DNA from: Deltaproteobacteria bacterium
GTDB lineage: Bacteria > Bdellovibrionota > FAC87 > UBA2466
DNA: 40,862 nt
Assembly: GCA_016875135.1 (NCBI GenBank)
Contig: VGSE01000003.1
Location: 1 to 40,862, forward strand
Reading direction: 5' to 3'
Part shown: positions 31,838 to 40,862 of the stretch, in pieces
How positions within the stretch are numbered: the first letter of the stretch is position 1
Layout: each line of letters begins with the position of its first letter
Notes under the pieces: generated by a model
What the model was told of the DNA's origin: nothing
Database searches by the model: none
What the model saw: the letters and a program-made list of their open reading frames with translations, nothing else
Program-made: the position numbers and the translations under genes

Positions 31838-34353
31838 TGGAAACAAAAGACTTACAACTTAGTCAGGTTAGCATTGAAGATCAGATGCGGGATGCCTATC
31901 TTGAGTATGCCATGTCCGTGATTGTCGGAAGAGCACTTCCCGATGTTCGAGACGGGATGAAGCCGGTACACCGACGAGTTCTGTATGCCATGTATGACAT
32001 GAGCAATACTTATGATAAAGCCTACAAAAAATCGGCTCGTATTGTTGGGGATGTCATCGGTAAATATCATCCACATGGGGATACTGCGGTTTATGAAACC
32101 ATGGTTCGGATGGCTCAAGATTTCAGTTTGCGTTACACTTTGGTAGATGGCCAAGGAAATTTCGGTTCTGTTGATGGAGATGCTGCAGCGGCCATGCGAT
32201 ATACTGAAGTTCGGCTCGCTAAAATAACAAACGAAGTTTTAGCCGATCTTGAAAAGGAAACGGTCAACTTCAATCCCAACTATGATAACTCTTTACAAGA
32301 ACCAGCAGTTCTCCCGACTAAAATCCCCACTCTTTTGGTTAATGGGTCGTCAGGAATAGCTGTAGGAATGGCAACTAATATTCCTCCTCATAATCTCGGA
32401 GAGATTGTAGACGGAATAAAAGCAGTCGTAGCTAACCCAGCGATAAGCATTTCTGAGTTGATGCAAATTATCCCAGGGCCTGATTTTCCCACAGCGGGAT
32501 TTATTTATGGAAGAAAAGGGCTTAAAGAGGCTTATCACACTGGGAAAGGGATTATCCATCTTCGCGCGAAGGCGGACGTAGAAGAGATAAAAAATGATAA
32601 GCAAAGAATAGTAATTACCGAAATTCCATATCAAGTAAACAAAGCGAAATTGATCGAGAGCATTGCAGAGCTTGTACGAGATAAAAAAGTTGAAGGGATC
32701 TCTGACATTCGAGATGAATCTGATCGGGATGGAATGCGAGTTGTTTTTGATTTAAAGAAAGGCGAAGACAGCCGAGTTATTCTCAACCAACTCTATAAAA
32801 ATTCTCAGATGCAGGTTTCTTTTGGAATAAGTATGCTTGCGTTGGATCATCAACAACCTAAACTCTTAAATTTGAAAGAATGTTTAGTTGCTTTCTTACA
32901 ACATCGAAAAGAAGTTGTAACAAAGCGAACCGTTTTTGACTTAAGAAAGGCCGAAGAAAAAGCACACATTTTAGAGGCTTTGAAGAAAGCAGTCGAAAAT
33001 CTTGATGAAGTAGTTTCTTTGATCAGAAAAGCCGCAAATCCAGCAGAGGCGCAAGAAAAGTTAATCGCTAAATTTAGTTTTACCGAAGTGCAGGCAAAAG
33101 CAATTTTAGAGATGCGGCTTCAAAGACTGACAGGCCTTGAGCGTGAAAAAATCGTTGCCGATTACAACGAGACCATGACGCTAATTGCTGACCTAAAAGC
33201 AATTCTTTCAGATGAAAAAAGGGTTCTTGCGATCATTGAAAAAGAGTTAGATGAAGTTAAAAAGAGTTTTGGAGATCCTAGAAGAACCGATTTTATCGAA
33301 GAACAAGAAGAGATGAGTGACGAGGACTATATCGTTGAAGAAGAGATGGTAGTCACTGTCACCTACTCAGGATATATCAAACGATTACCGGTTGATGCTT
33401 ATAGAGCTCAGCGACGAGGTGGTAAGGGTGTTATTGGGGCCGCAACTAAATCTGAGGACTTTATTCAGGATATTTTTGTTGCTAGCACCCACGAAAACAT
33501 TCTTTGCTTCACCGACCAGGGAAGAGTTTACTGGCTTAAAGTACATAAGATTCCCGAAGCCGGTAGGGCAGCTAAAGGCAAACCCATTGTTAATTTATTG
33601 AATCTAACTACTAACGAACGAATCCAAGCAGTTCTGCCGGTAAAAGAGTTTAAAGAAACAGAATTTGTGACCATTGTGACTCGACAGGGAACTATAAAAA
33701 AGACAACGCTAGGGGCTTTTGCTCGACCAATGAAAAAAGGAATCATCGCCATTACTACCGACGACGGAGATTCCTTGGTTGATGCTAAGATCACTAACGG
33801 AAACAATCACATTATTTTAGTCAGTAAATTTGGACAAAGTATCCGCTTTGAGGAACAAGATGTTCGTCCTATGGGTCGAACAGCTCGTGGAGTGGCCGGG
33901 ATGAGGTTAGACGAAGGGGATCTAGTGATTGGGATGGCCGTTGTTGCTCCAGATGATGCGACAGCGCAGGTTCTTACTGTTACGCAAAAAGGTTATGGCA
34001 AACGGACACTCTTGGATGAGTATCGTGTTCAGGGCCGCGGAGGATCTGGAGTCATCACCATGAAGATCACCGATAAAAACGGGCCGGTTGTGGCGGTTCG
34101 ACAGGTAAAAGATGAAGACGACCTAATCATCGCTTCAGACCGAGGCAAGGTGATTCGAACCCGAGTTTCCGAAATTTCGGAGGTTGGACGAGTTGCTCAA
34201 GGGGTTAGACTTATTACGATGGATGAGGGAGAAACGGTTGGAGCTGTTGCTAAAATAGTTGAAAAGGATGAAGAACAATCGGAATCAAAAATGCCTGAAG
34301 TAAGTCTAGAAAACAAACCCAAATCAGGCGAGGATTCTGGAAATGGTGCCTAG
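31837..34353 (+). CDS. gyrA: DNA gyrase subunit A
   Basis: YHPHGD, AAMRYTE catalytic Tyr and GyrA-box QRRGGKG. TGATG overlap with gyrB. Confidence 0.99.
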
Positions 34354-35127
34354 GTTTTTTTTTTACTCTGCATTGTTTTCTTTATTGGGTGTACTGAAAA
34401 GAAACAAGAAAAGCTTTTAGAGGCCTCAGAAGTTAAGTTAACAGAAGGAAAATACTCCGAAGCGGCAGAGATCTTAAAGAAAGTTATTTCCATTAACCCT
34501 GAGAATAAGCTAGCCGTAAAAGCAATGTACAAGTTGGGCTTTACCCTTGAAGTTTACGGCAAAGATGTCGATGCAGCCATTTTTAACTATCAAGAGGCGA
34601 TTCGGTTAAGTTCAGACCCTGTTTCTGTCTATGAAATTCAAAAGAGAGTAGCCAATTTATTTTTTGAGCAAGCCAAAGATATCGAAAAAGCAGTGGAAGC
34701 TTATAAAAAGCTTGTGCAATTTAACCCCAACAGTTTAGAGCTAGATTTTTTCCAGCTTCGGATTGCAGAAGCGTTTTTTCGACAAAACAACTTTGAACAG
34801 GCTAGATTGGAATATCAAACGTTGATTGATAAAAACCCTAGGAGTGCCTACGTTCCAAAAGCACGTTTTGCTATCGGCAATAGTTACTATATGGAAGGCA
34901 AATACGATATTGCGATTGAAGCCTTTAAACAGCTAGCCAGGGCTCACTCCAGAAGTGAGCATGAACTAGAAGCTGAGTTTTTAATGGCGCAATGTTTGGA
35001 GCAGACCAACAAGCTGAAAGAGGCCATGCAAGTGTATGAAAACCTCAAACAAACGTACACCAACCCGAAAGTTGTTGAGTTTCGGTTGGCCGAGCTAAAA
35101 AAGAGATTAAAAAAAGAGGGAAAATGA
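34343..35127 (+). CDS. TPR-repeat lipoprotein (BamD/CpoB-like); start is out of frame at a T10 tract as sequenced
   Basis: The frame of the track ORF (34525) is open back to 34354 and reads [19 protein letters not shown] (lipobox) plus another TPR. The ATG with an RBS (34343) is in a different frame. TPR-like segments include AQCLEQ and [10 protein letters not shown]. Confidence 0.75.
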
Positions 35128-35345
35128 TAAAGCCGGACGCCAAAAAGTTACGTGTCGCGATTATGATGGGAAATGCAGTTATGACAAAGGCGCTCATGAT
35201 ATCGGCCGGTTGGTATTTTGGAAGTAAACTGGACAAAAAGTATGGAACGGGACCTTATGGGATGATTTTTCTGGTGGTTTTAGCTATGGGTTTAGGGGTC
35301 TGGTACATTCTTAGAACTGCAAAAAAGCTAAACTTAACCGAGTAA
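35124..35345 (+). CDS. AtpZ/AtpI-like small membrane protein (ATP synthase gene 1)
   Basis: GWYFGSKLDKKYGTGP between two hydrophobic helices; upstream of atpB. Confidence 0.8.
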   Translation: MIKPDAKKLRVAIMMGNAVMTKALMISAGWYFGSKLDKKYGTGPYGMIFLVVLAMGLGVWYILRTAKKLNLTE

Positions 35346-35510
35346 TAGTTTTTAGAGTGGGGTTGATAGTCGTCGATCAACCTGGGATTTTGGGTTGATA
35401 AGGCAGGATCACCGTAGGCACTAGTCAAATCAATCCTTTGATTGAATCTTTATTGAAATATCAAAATATTAGGGGTATTACAGGCTGTTTAAAGTTGGAG
35501 TTAGAAAAAC

Positions 35511-36239
35511 ATGCAAAGTCATGGTTCTGCACATCATGGTCCTGAAAGCTGGTTAACCAAGCTTCCCTTTCTACCACATGACCGCGCTTGGGAAAGCGTT
35601 AATGGCGCAATCTTAGTGTTTGGCTTTATCTTTGTTGTTTCGGTTTTGTTCAACAAAGCGATAAAGGGAAAAATTCAAGAAAACGTCGTTCCAAGAGCCA
35701 AATTTGGACTTTTTGCTGTTGTGGACCTTATGGTAGAAGGGCTTTATAACTTGATAGTTGGCATTGTGGGCCATCACTACGGGGCCGAAGCCTTTCCCTA
35801 TATTGCTACAGTATTTATATACGTTCTTTTAAATAACTTATTAGGATTGCTGCCTCTATCAGCTTCTCCTAGTTCGTCCTTTCCCATAGCTTTCGCGTTG
35901 GGTTTGTCTAGTTTTATTTTTTACAATTGGATGGGAGTGAAAGCTAACGGAGTTTTGGGTTATGGTAAGCATTTTCTGATGGGGTTGGGGGTTTTTGGGG
36001 TTCCTATAGCGGCTTTTGAATTGGTATCTCATGTGATTCGCCCTTTTACTTTGGGGCTTCGTCTTAGAACCAACATGCATATTGATCATATGTTGGCTGG
36101 AGCTTTTGCGGACCTATGTAAGTGGATTGTTCCAGTTCCGTTGTTGCTTTTTGGGGTTGTGGTCTGTACGATACAGGCCTTTCTTTTTGCAGTTTTGACA
36201 GCTGTTTATGTACAGATGGCAACGGAACACGAAGAATAA
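35511..36239 (+). CDS. atpB: ATP synthase F0 subunit a
   Basis: NNLLGLLP, RPFTLGLRL with the essential Arg, and IQAFLFAVLTAVY. Confidence 0.96.
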   Translation: MQSHGSAHHGPESWLTKLPFLPHDRAWESVNGAILVFGFIFVVSVLFNKAIKGKIQENVVPRAKFGLFAVVDLMVEGLYNLIVGIVGHHYGAEAFPYIATVFIYVLLNNLLGLLPLSASPSSSFPIAFALGLSSFIFYNWMGVKANGVLGYGKHFLMGLGVFGVPIAAFELVSHVIRPFTLGLRLRTNMHIDHMLAGAFADLCKWIVPVPLLLFGVVVCTIQAFLFAVLTAVYVQMATEHEE

Positions 36240-36258
36240 TTTTTTTAGGAGGTAAGGA

Positions 36259-36576
36259 ATGAAGTTAATCAGTATGTCTAAGTTGGCGTTAATCGGAATG
36301 TTCATCTCCTCAGCAAGCGTATTTGCGGAAGAGGGTGCTCATGCAGCAACAAGTGGATCTTTTGGTCCCGTTGCAGTAGGTCTTGCAATGGCTTTGGCCG
36401 TTATCGGAGCTGCTACTGCTCAAGGTAAAATTGGGTCAGCATTCATGGATGGTGTTTCCAGAAATCCAGGAGCACAAAAATCCATGTTCGTTCCTTTGAT
36501 TCTTTCTTTAGTGTTTGTTGAAACACTAGTGCTATTTACCTTCCTAGTAGCGCAAAGCTTGCTCGGAAAATTCTAA
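36259..36576 (+). CDS. atpE: ATP synthase F0 subunit c with N-terminal extension
   Basis: AQG...SRNP loop and FVETL carboxylate; AGGAGGT RBS. Confidence 0.96.
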   Translation: MKLISMSKLALIGMFISSASVFAEEGAHAATSGSFGPVAVGLAMALAVIGAATAQGKIGSAFMDGVSRNPGAQKSMFVPLILSLVFVETLVLFTFLVAQSLLGKF

Positions 36577-36612
36577 ACCAAATAAGTAACAATTTGGTTT
36601 TAAAAAGAGTTT

Positions 36613-36650
36613 AAAAACCATCTGGATCTAGTGATTCAGATGGTTTTTTT
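36613..36650. terminator. Bidirectional intrinsic terminator between atpE and uvrA
   Basis: AAAAA-CCATCTGGATC-TAGT-GATTCAGATGG-TTTTTTT. A second hairpin AAACCAAAT/ATTTGGTTT lies at 36575..36600. Confidence 0.85.
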
Positions 36651-36672
36651 CCTTTTAAATAGGCGATAGGGA

Positions 36673-39501
36673 TTACTGGTTTAGAACCGACTTTAGATAG
36701 TGGCCAGTAAAAGAATTTTCAACCTTCAATAGCCCTTCCGGGACACCCTGAAATAAAACGTCTCCACCTGCTTTGCCACCCCCAACACCAAGATCAATAA
36801 GGTGGTCGGCTTGTTTAATAACATCTAAATTATGCTCGATAACAACAACAGTATTTCCGTGGTCGACTAAGGTTTGAAGGATCTGTAGTAGCTTTCTAAC
36901 ATCTTCAAAGTGTAATCCTGTCGTAGGTTCATCTAGGATATAAATAGTTCGCCCGGTTGCTCTCTTGTTAAGTTCTTTAGCAAGTTTAATTCTCTGAGCC
37001 TCTCCCCCTGAGAGTGTGACAGCATTTTGGCCCACCTGTAGATATCCTAAGCCAACATCGAGCAGTGTTGTCAGTTTTGCTTTAATTTGAGGAACGCGTT
37101 CAAAGAAAAGAGCAGCCTGTTCTACTGTCATACTCAAAACATCGGCTATACTTTTGCCCCGATAATGAACATCCAAAGTTTCTCGGTTATATCTTGCCCC
37201 ACGACAAATCTCGCACTGAACATAAACATCGGGAAGGAAATTCATGCTGATTTTTAGATTGCCATCTCCGCTGCAAGAGGAACACCGCCCCCCTTCAACA
37301 TTAAAGGAAAATCGACCGGCGGTATATCCGCGGACTTTGGCTTCGGGAAGACCGGAAAAAAGAGCCCGGATGTCTGTGAAAAGGCCTGTGTAAGTTGCTG
37401 GATTCGATCTAGGCGTTCTGCCAATCGGACTCTGATCGACATAGATAACTTTGTCTAGGAACTCTATTCCTTCAATACCAACTAAGTGGTGAAGTGCTTG
37501 AGTCCTTCCGGAGAACTTTAATTGCAAGGCTTCCAATAGGGTATCGATAACCAATGTGCTTTTTCCCGAACCAGAAACGCCCGTAACACAGGTTAAAGTT
37601 CCTAAGGGAATGTCTACGTTAATGTTTTTAAGGTTGTTTTGTTTGGCCCCAATAATCTTTAAATATCTGTCATCATATGCAGACCTTCTTGTGTGCGGAA
37701 TTTCAATCCTCATTTTTCTAGAAAAATATTGTGCCGTTAGCCCCGTCTTTTCATTCTTTAAGTCCTTTGGGCTGCCACTAAAAAGGATTTCACCCCCATG
37801 CTCTCCAGCACCAGGGCCCATGTCGACAACGAAATCGGCTCTTTGAATGGTCTCTTCATCATGTTCCACAACTAAAACAGAGTTCCCTTGGTCACGGAGA
37901 GCCTCAAGAGTTTTAATGAGTTTGTCATTGTCTTTCTGATGCAGACCAATGCTGGGTTCATCCAATACATACAAAACCCCAACCAGGTTAGATCCGATTT
38001 GAGTTGCTAAGCGAATCCGCTGGGATTCTCCTCCGGATAGCGTCGTGGCCGACCGGGATAAAGATAAATAAGACAAACCAACGTTAATTAAAAAATTCAA
38101 CCGGGCGCTAATTTCTTTAAGAATGGGTTCGGCAATGACTAAATGGTGGTTTGGAAACGAGAGTTGTTGAACAAAACTTAATGTCTCCAAAACTGGCAAC
38201 TGAGAAACTTCGGCGATGTTTTTGCCACCAACTAGAACTGACAAGCTTTCTTTTTTGAGCCGTGAACCCTGACAGGTTATACAATCTCGAAAAGTGATGT
38301 ACTGCCCAAGTTCTGATTCTTCGATTGAGGAGCCTGTTTCTTCTAAGCGCTCTTTTAGAGTCGGAATCACTCCTTCGAATTTTTGTTTGAAGGCATGGGT
38401 GGAGCCCCATCCTTTGGCTCTAAACTCTATTTCTTCCGAACCCGACCCGTAAAAAATTAAATTTTGAGCGGCTTCCGGTATGTTTCTAAAGGGGTCGGTT
38501 AAGCTAAACGAATACTTTTCTGAAAGGGGTTGAAAGACTTTCTCTAACCAGGATTTTGATTTTTCTGCCCAGGGTAATATGGCTCCTTGCATGATGGATA
38601 AGTTCCCATTCGGCACGATTAGAGCTGGATCAAATGTCGGTAAAGAACCAAGGCCATTGCAATTGGAACATGAGCCGTGGGTGCTGTTAAAAGAAAAGCT
38701 TCTGGGTTCTACTTCCGGAAAGCTGGTCCCGCAATCTGCACATCCGTACCGGGTTGAAAAGAATCGGCTTGAGGGCTTGTCGTCAAACAAGCGAATTTCG
38801 ATAAGCCCGTTAGAAAGCTTGTTAGCTATTTCTAAAGCCTCCATCAAGCGACTTTCAATCCCTGTCTTTAGAACCAACCGATCAATGTAAATGGAGATAT
38901 CGTGTTTAAAGGTTTTCTTTAGTTTGATTGGCGCAGAAAGGGAGACCTCCTCACCGTCGATTTCCGCCCGGACAAATCCCTGACCGCGGATATCGGCAAG
39001 TTCTTTTTGAAACTCCCCCTTTTTTCCTCGTGCGATTGGAGCCAAAATCGCAAATTTGGTGGAAGGGACTCCTCCCATGATCTGCTCTCTTATTTGATCG
39101 AGAGTTTGGCTTTGGATCGGTTTGTGACAAACGTAGCAATGAGGAGTGCCGGTTCGCGCGTATAACAAACGAAGAAAATCATAGATCTCAGTTATCGTCC
39201 CAACAGTGGACCGAGGATTTCTAGAAACATTTTTTTGTTCTATCGATATCGCAGGGGAGAGACCCTCGATACTGTCGACTTCTGGCTTTTTCATTTGCTC
39301 CATAAATTGGCGAGCATAAGCAGAAAGAGACTCTAAATATCGTCTTTGCCCTTCTGCATAAATGGTGTCAAAAGCCAAAGAGGATTTTCCGGAGCCACTA
39401 AGGCCAGTGATAACGACAAGTTTGTTTCGAGGAATGTTAATAGAGACATTTTTTAAATTGTGCTCTCTGGCACCTTTGATGATGATCTCTTTACTTCCCA
39501 T
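36673..39501 (-). CDS. uvrA: Excinuclease ABC subunit A
   Basis: GAREHNLK, two Walker A motifs (GLSGSGKS, GVSGSGKS), two LSGGE signatures and CxxC zinc modules. Confidence 0.99.
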   Translation of the reverse strand: MGSKEIIIKGAREHNLKNVSINIPRNKLVVITGLSGSGKSSLAFDTIYAEGQRRYLESLSAYARQFMEQMKKPEVDSIEGLSPAISIEQKNVSRNPRSTVGTITEIYDFLRLLYARTGTPHCYVCHKPIQSQTLDQIREQIMGGVPSTKFAILAPIARGKKGEFQKELADIRGQGFVRAEIDGEEVSLSAPIKLKKTFKHDISIYIDRLVLKTGIESRLMEALEIANKLSNGLIEIRLFDDKPSSRFFSTRYGCADCGTSFPEVEPRSFSFNSTHGSCSNCNGLGSLPTFDPALIVPNGNLSIMQGAILPWAEKSKSWLEKVFQPLSEKYSFSLTDPFRNIPEAAQNLIFYGSGSEEIEFRAKGWGSTHAFKQKFEGVIPTLKERLEETGSSIEESELGQYITFRDCITCQGSRLKKESLSVLVGGKNIAEVSQLPVLETLSFVQQLSFPNHHLVIAEPILKEISARLNFLINVGLSYLSLSRSATTLSGGESQRIRLATQIGSNLVGVLYVLDEPSIGLHQKDNDKLIKTLEALRDQGNSVLVVEHDEETIQRADFVVDMGPGAGEHGGEILFSGSPKDLKNEKTGLTAQYFSRKMRIEIPHTRRSAYDDRYLKIIGAKQNNLKNINVDIPLGTLTCVTGVSGSGKSTLVIDTLLEALQLKFSGRTQALHHLVGIEGIEFLDKVIYVDQSPIGRTPRSNPATYTGLFTDIRALFSGLPEAKVRGYTAGRFSFNVEGGRCSSCSGDGNLKISMNFLPDVYVQCEICRGARYNRETLDVHYRGKSIADVLSMTVEQAALFFERVPQIKAKLTTLLDVGLGYLQVGQNAVTLSGGEAQRIKLAKELNKRATGRTIYILDEPTTGLHFEDVRKLLQILQTLVDHGNTVVVIEHNLDVIKQADHLIDLGVGGGKAGGDVLFQGVPEGLLKVENSFTGHYLKSVLNQ

Positions 39502-39508
39502 AACAATG

Positions 39509-40862
39509 CTATACGAGCTCTTTAAGCAAGGAGCTCACAGTGTTCTCTAACTTGGAGCGAATCTCATTTAGTCTGTCTTGTGAGGATGCCTCGAACCGCA
39601 ATACCAAAACAGGTTGGGTGTTTGAGGCGCGAACCAAACCCCACCCATCGCCAAACTCAACTCGAGCTCCGTCGATAGCGTTAACTTTAAGGCCCTGAGA
39701 CTGAAATTGTTTTAAGGCTCGTTCAACAACCGTAAATTTAATTTCATCAGGACAATCTTTTCTGATTTCCGGTGTGGAAAAAGATACGGGGAGGTCGGTA
39801 ATTAGCTCAGCAGTGGTCTTTTTGTTGATCGCTAAAATCTCTAGCAACCTAGCAGCAGCATAGATCGCATCGTCAAAACCATAGTACCGATCATTAAAAA
39901 AGATATGTCCTGACATTTCTCCAGCTAATAAAGCCCCCTCCTCTTTCATTTTTGCTTTGATAAGGCTGTGGCCGGTTTTCCAAAGAATGGGCTTTCCCCC
40001 ATGAAGAGCAATATCATTGAACAAACGATGAGAAGCTTTAACCTCAGAAATAATAGTTGCCCCAGAGTTTTCTTTCAGAATTTCTCTTGCATAAACCACT
40101 AAAAGCTCATCGCCATAGATGGGTTTTCCCGAGGGATCGACAACACCGATACGATCGGCATCCCCGTCAAAACCAATTCCGACGACGGCGTTAGTTTGCT
40201 TAACCTTTTCTGCTAAGAACGAGAGATTTTCGATTACTGTAGGGTCAGGGTGGTGGTTTGGGAAGCGCCCATCAAGATCAGAAAACAACTCTACAACTTC
40301 ACATCCGAGCTTTCGAAAGATTTCGGGCCCGATCATTCCACCCATGCCATTCCCACTGTCGACGCAAACCTTCAAATTGAGAGGATGTTTTATGTTCTTG
40401 AGAATCATTGAAGTATAGAGAGGCTTGATATCTTTTTCACTCAATGTGCCCTTACCGGATTCATACGAATCTTTTTGGACAATTTGTTTGAGGTATTGAA
40501 TTTCTTCTCCATGAATCGTTGTTTTGCCAACGCAAATTTTAAAGCCATTGTGCTCGGGCGGATTATGGCTTCCAGTGATCATGATGCCGCCGTCACTGTT
40601 TAATTCAAAGACCGAAAAATACAAAAGGGGTGTCGGCACAAGGCCGATATCAATAACATTAATGCCAGTAGCAAGGAGACCATCGATTAGTGATTGTCGA
40701 ATTCTGTCTGAGCTGATCCGGCAATCTCTACCCACAGTCAGAGTTTTCCCCCCCTTGCGTTTGACATAACTACCTATAGCCCTCCCCAACTTGGAGACAA
40801 CGTTATGAGGCAAATCTCTATCTGCAACGCCTCGGATATCGTATTCTCGAAAAATTTTTTCA
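39509..40862 (-). CDS. Phosphomannomutase/phosphoglucomutase (AlgC-type), start just off-window
   Basis: TGSHNP, FDGDADR, GEMSGH and RASNT. The frame is open to the window edge (EKIFREYDIRG), so the track's start at 40813 is internal. Confidence 0.95.
   Translation of the reverse strand, partial: EKIFREYDIRGVADRDLPHNVVSKLGRAIGSYVKRKGGKTLTVGRDCRISSDRIRQSLIDGLLATGINVIDIGLVPTPLLYFSVFELNSDGGIMITGSHNPPEHNGFKICVGKTTIHGEEIQYLKQIVQKDSYESGKGTLSEKDIKPLYTSMILKNIKHPLNLKVCVDSGNGMGGMIGPEIFRKLGCEVVELFSDLDGRFPNHHPDPTVIENLSFLAEKVKQTNAVVGIGFDGDADRIGVVDPSGKPIYGDELLVVYAREILKENSGATIISEVKASHRLFNDIALHGGKPILWKTGHSLIKAKMKEEGALLAGEMSGHIFFNDRYYGFDDAIYAAARLLEILAINKKTTAELITDLPVSFSTPEIRKDCPDEIKFTVVERALKQFQSQGLKVNAIDGARVEFGDGWGLVRASNTQPVLVLRFEASSQDRLNEIRSKLENTVSSLLKELV

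Noticed and set aside
32065-32100. Thr at the Ser83-equivalent position of GyrA (HGDTAVYE) as quinolone resistance
   Set aside because: Thr is the wild-type residue in several lineages, such as Pseudomonas and Campylobacter.
34351-34353. Amber read-through fusing GyrA to the in-frame TPR lipoprotein
   Set aside because: GyrA is complete, and a lipobox needs its own N-terminus. The ATG at 34343 plus the T tract is a simpler explanation.

Overview
Chromosomal origin region of a deltaproteobacterial-lineage bacterium; gene order resembles Bdellovibrionota (inferred from synteny only). Left of the origin, on the minus strand: rpmH-rnpA-yidD-yidC-mnmE-mnmG-rsmG, parA-parB-bactofilin with three parS sites, atpF'-F-H-A-G-D-C with queE coupled to atpC, and a lipA / 2-oxoacid dehydrogenase E1a-E1b-E2-E3 / lipB run continuing into a short MetE-fold zinc protein and a 2x[4Fe-4S] ferredoxin. 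These converge on a ferredoxin plus a divergent glycerate-kinase-family gene. A secreted orphan gene with a sigma54 promoter runs off the left edge. On the plus strand: dnaA, oriC (dnaA-dnaN gap), dnaN, gyrB, gyrA (no recF), a TPR lipoprotein gene frameshifted at a T10 tract, atpZ-like, atpB and atpE. These converge on uvrA and a phosphomannomutase/phosphoglucomutase. I found no RNA genes, CRISPR arrays or mobile elements. The window is mostly housekeeping and I cannot claim a new system. Best leads: AACA-type DnaA boxes alongside an RDHTT-to-RHHTT change in DnaA, the T10 frameshift, the MetE-like/ferredoxin/kinase cluster, and the sigma54-driven secreted protein.
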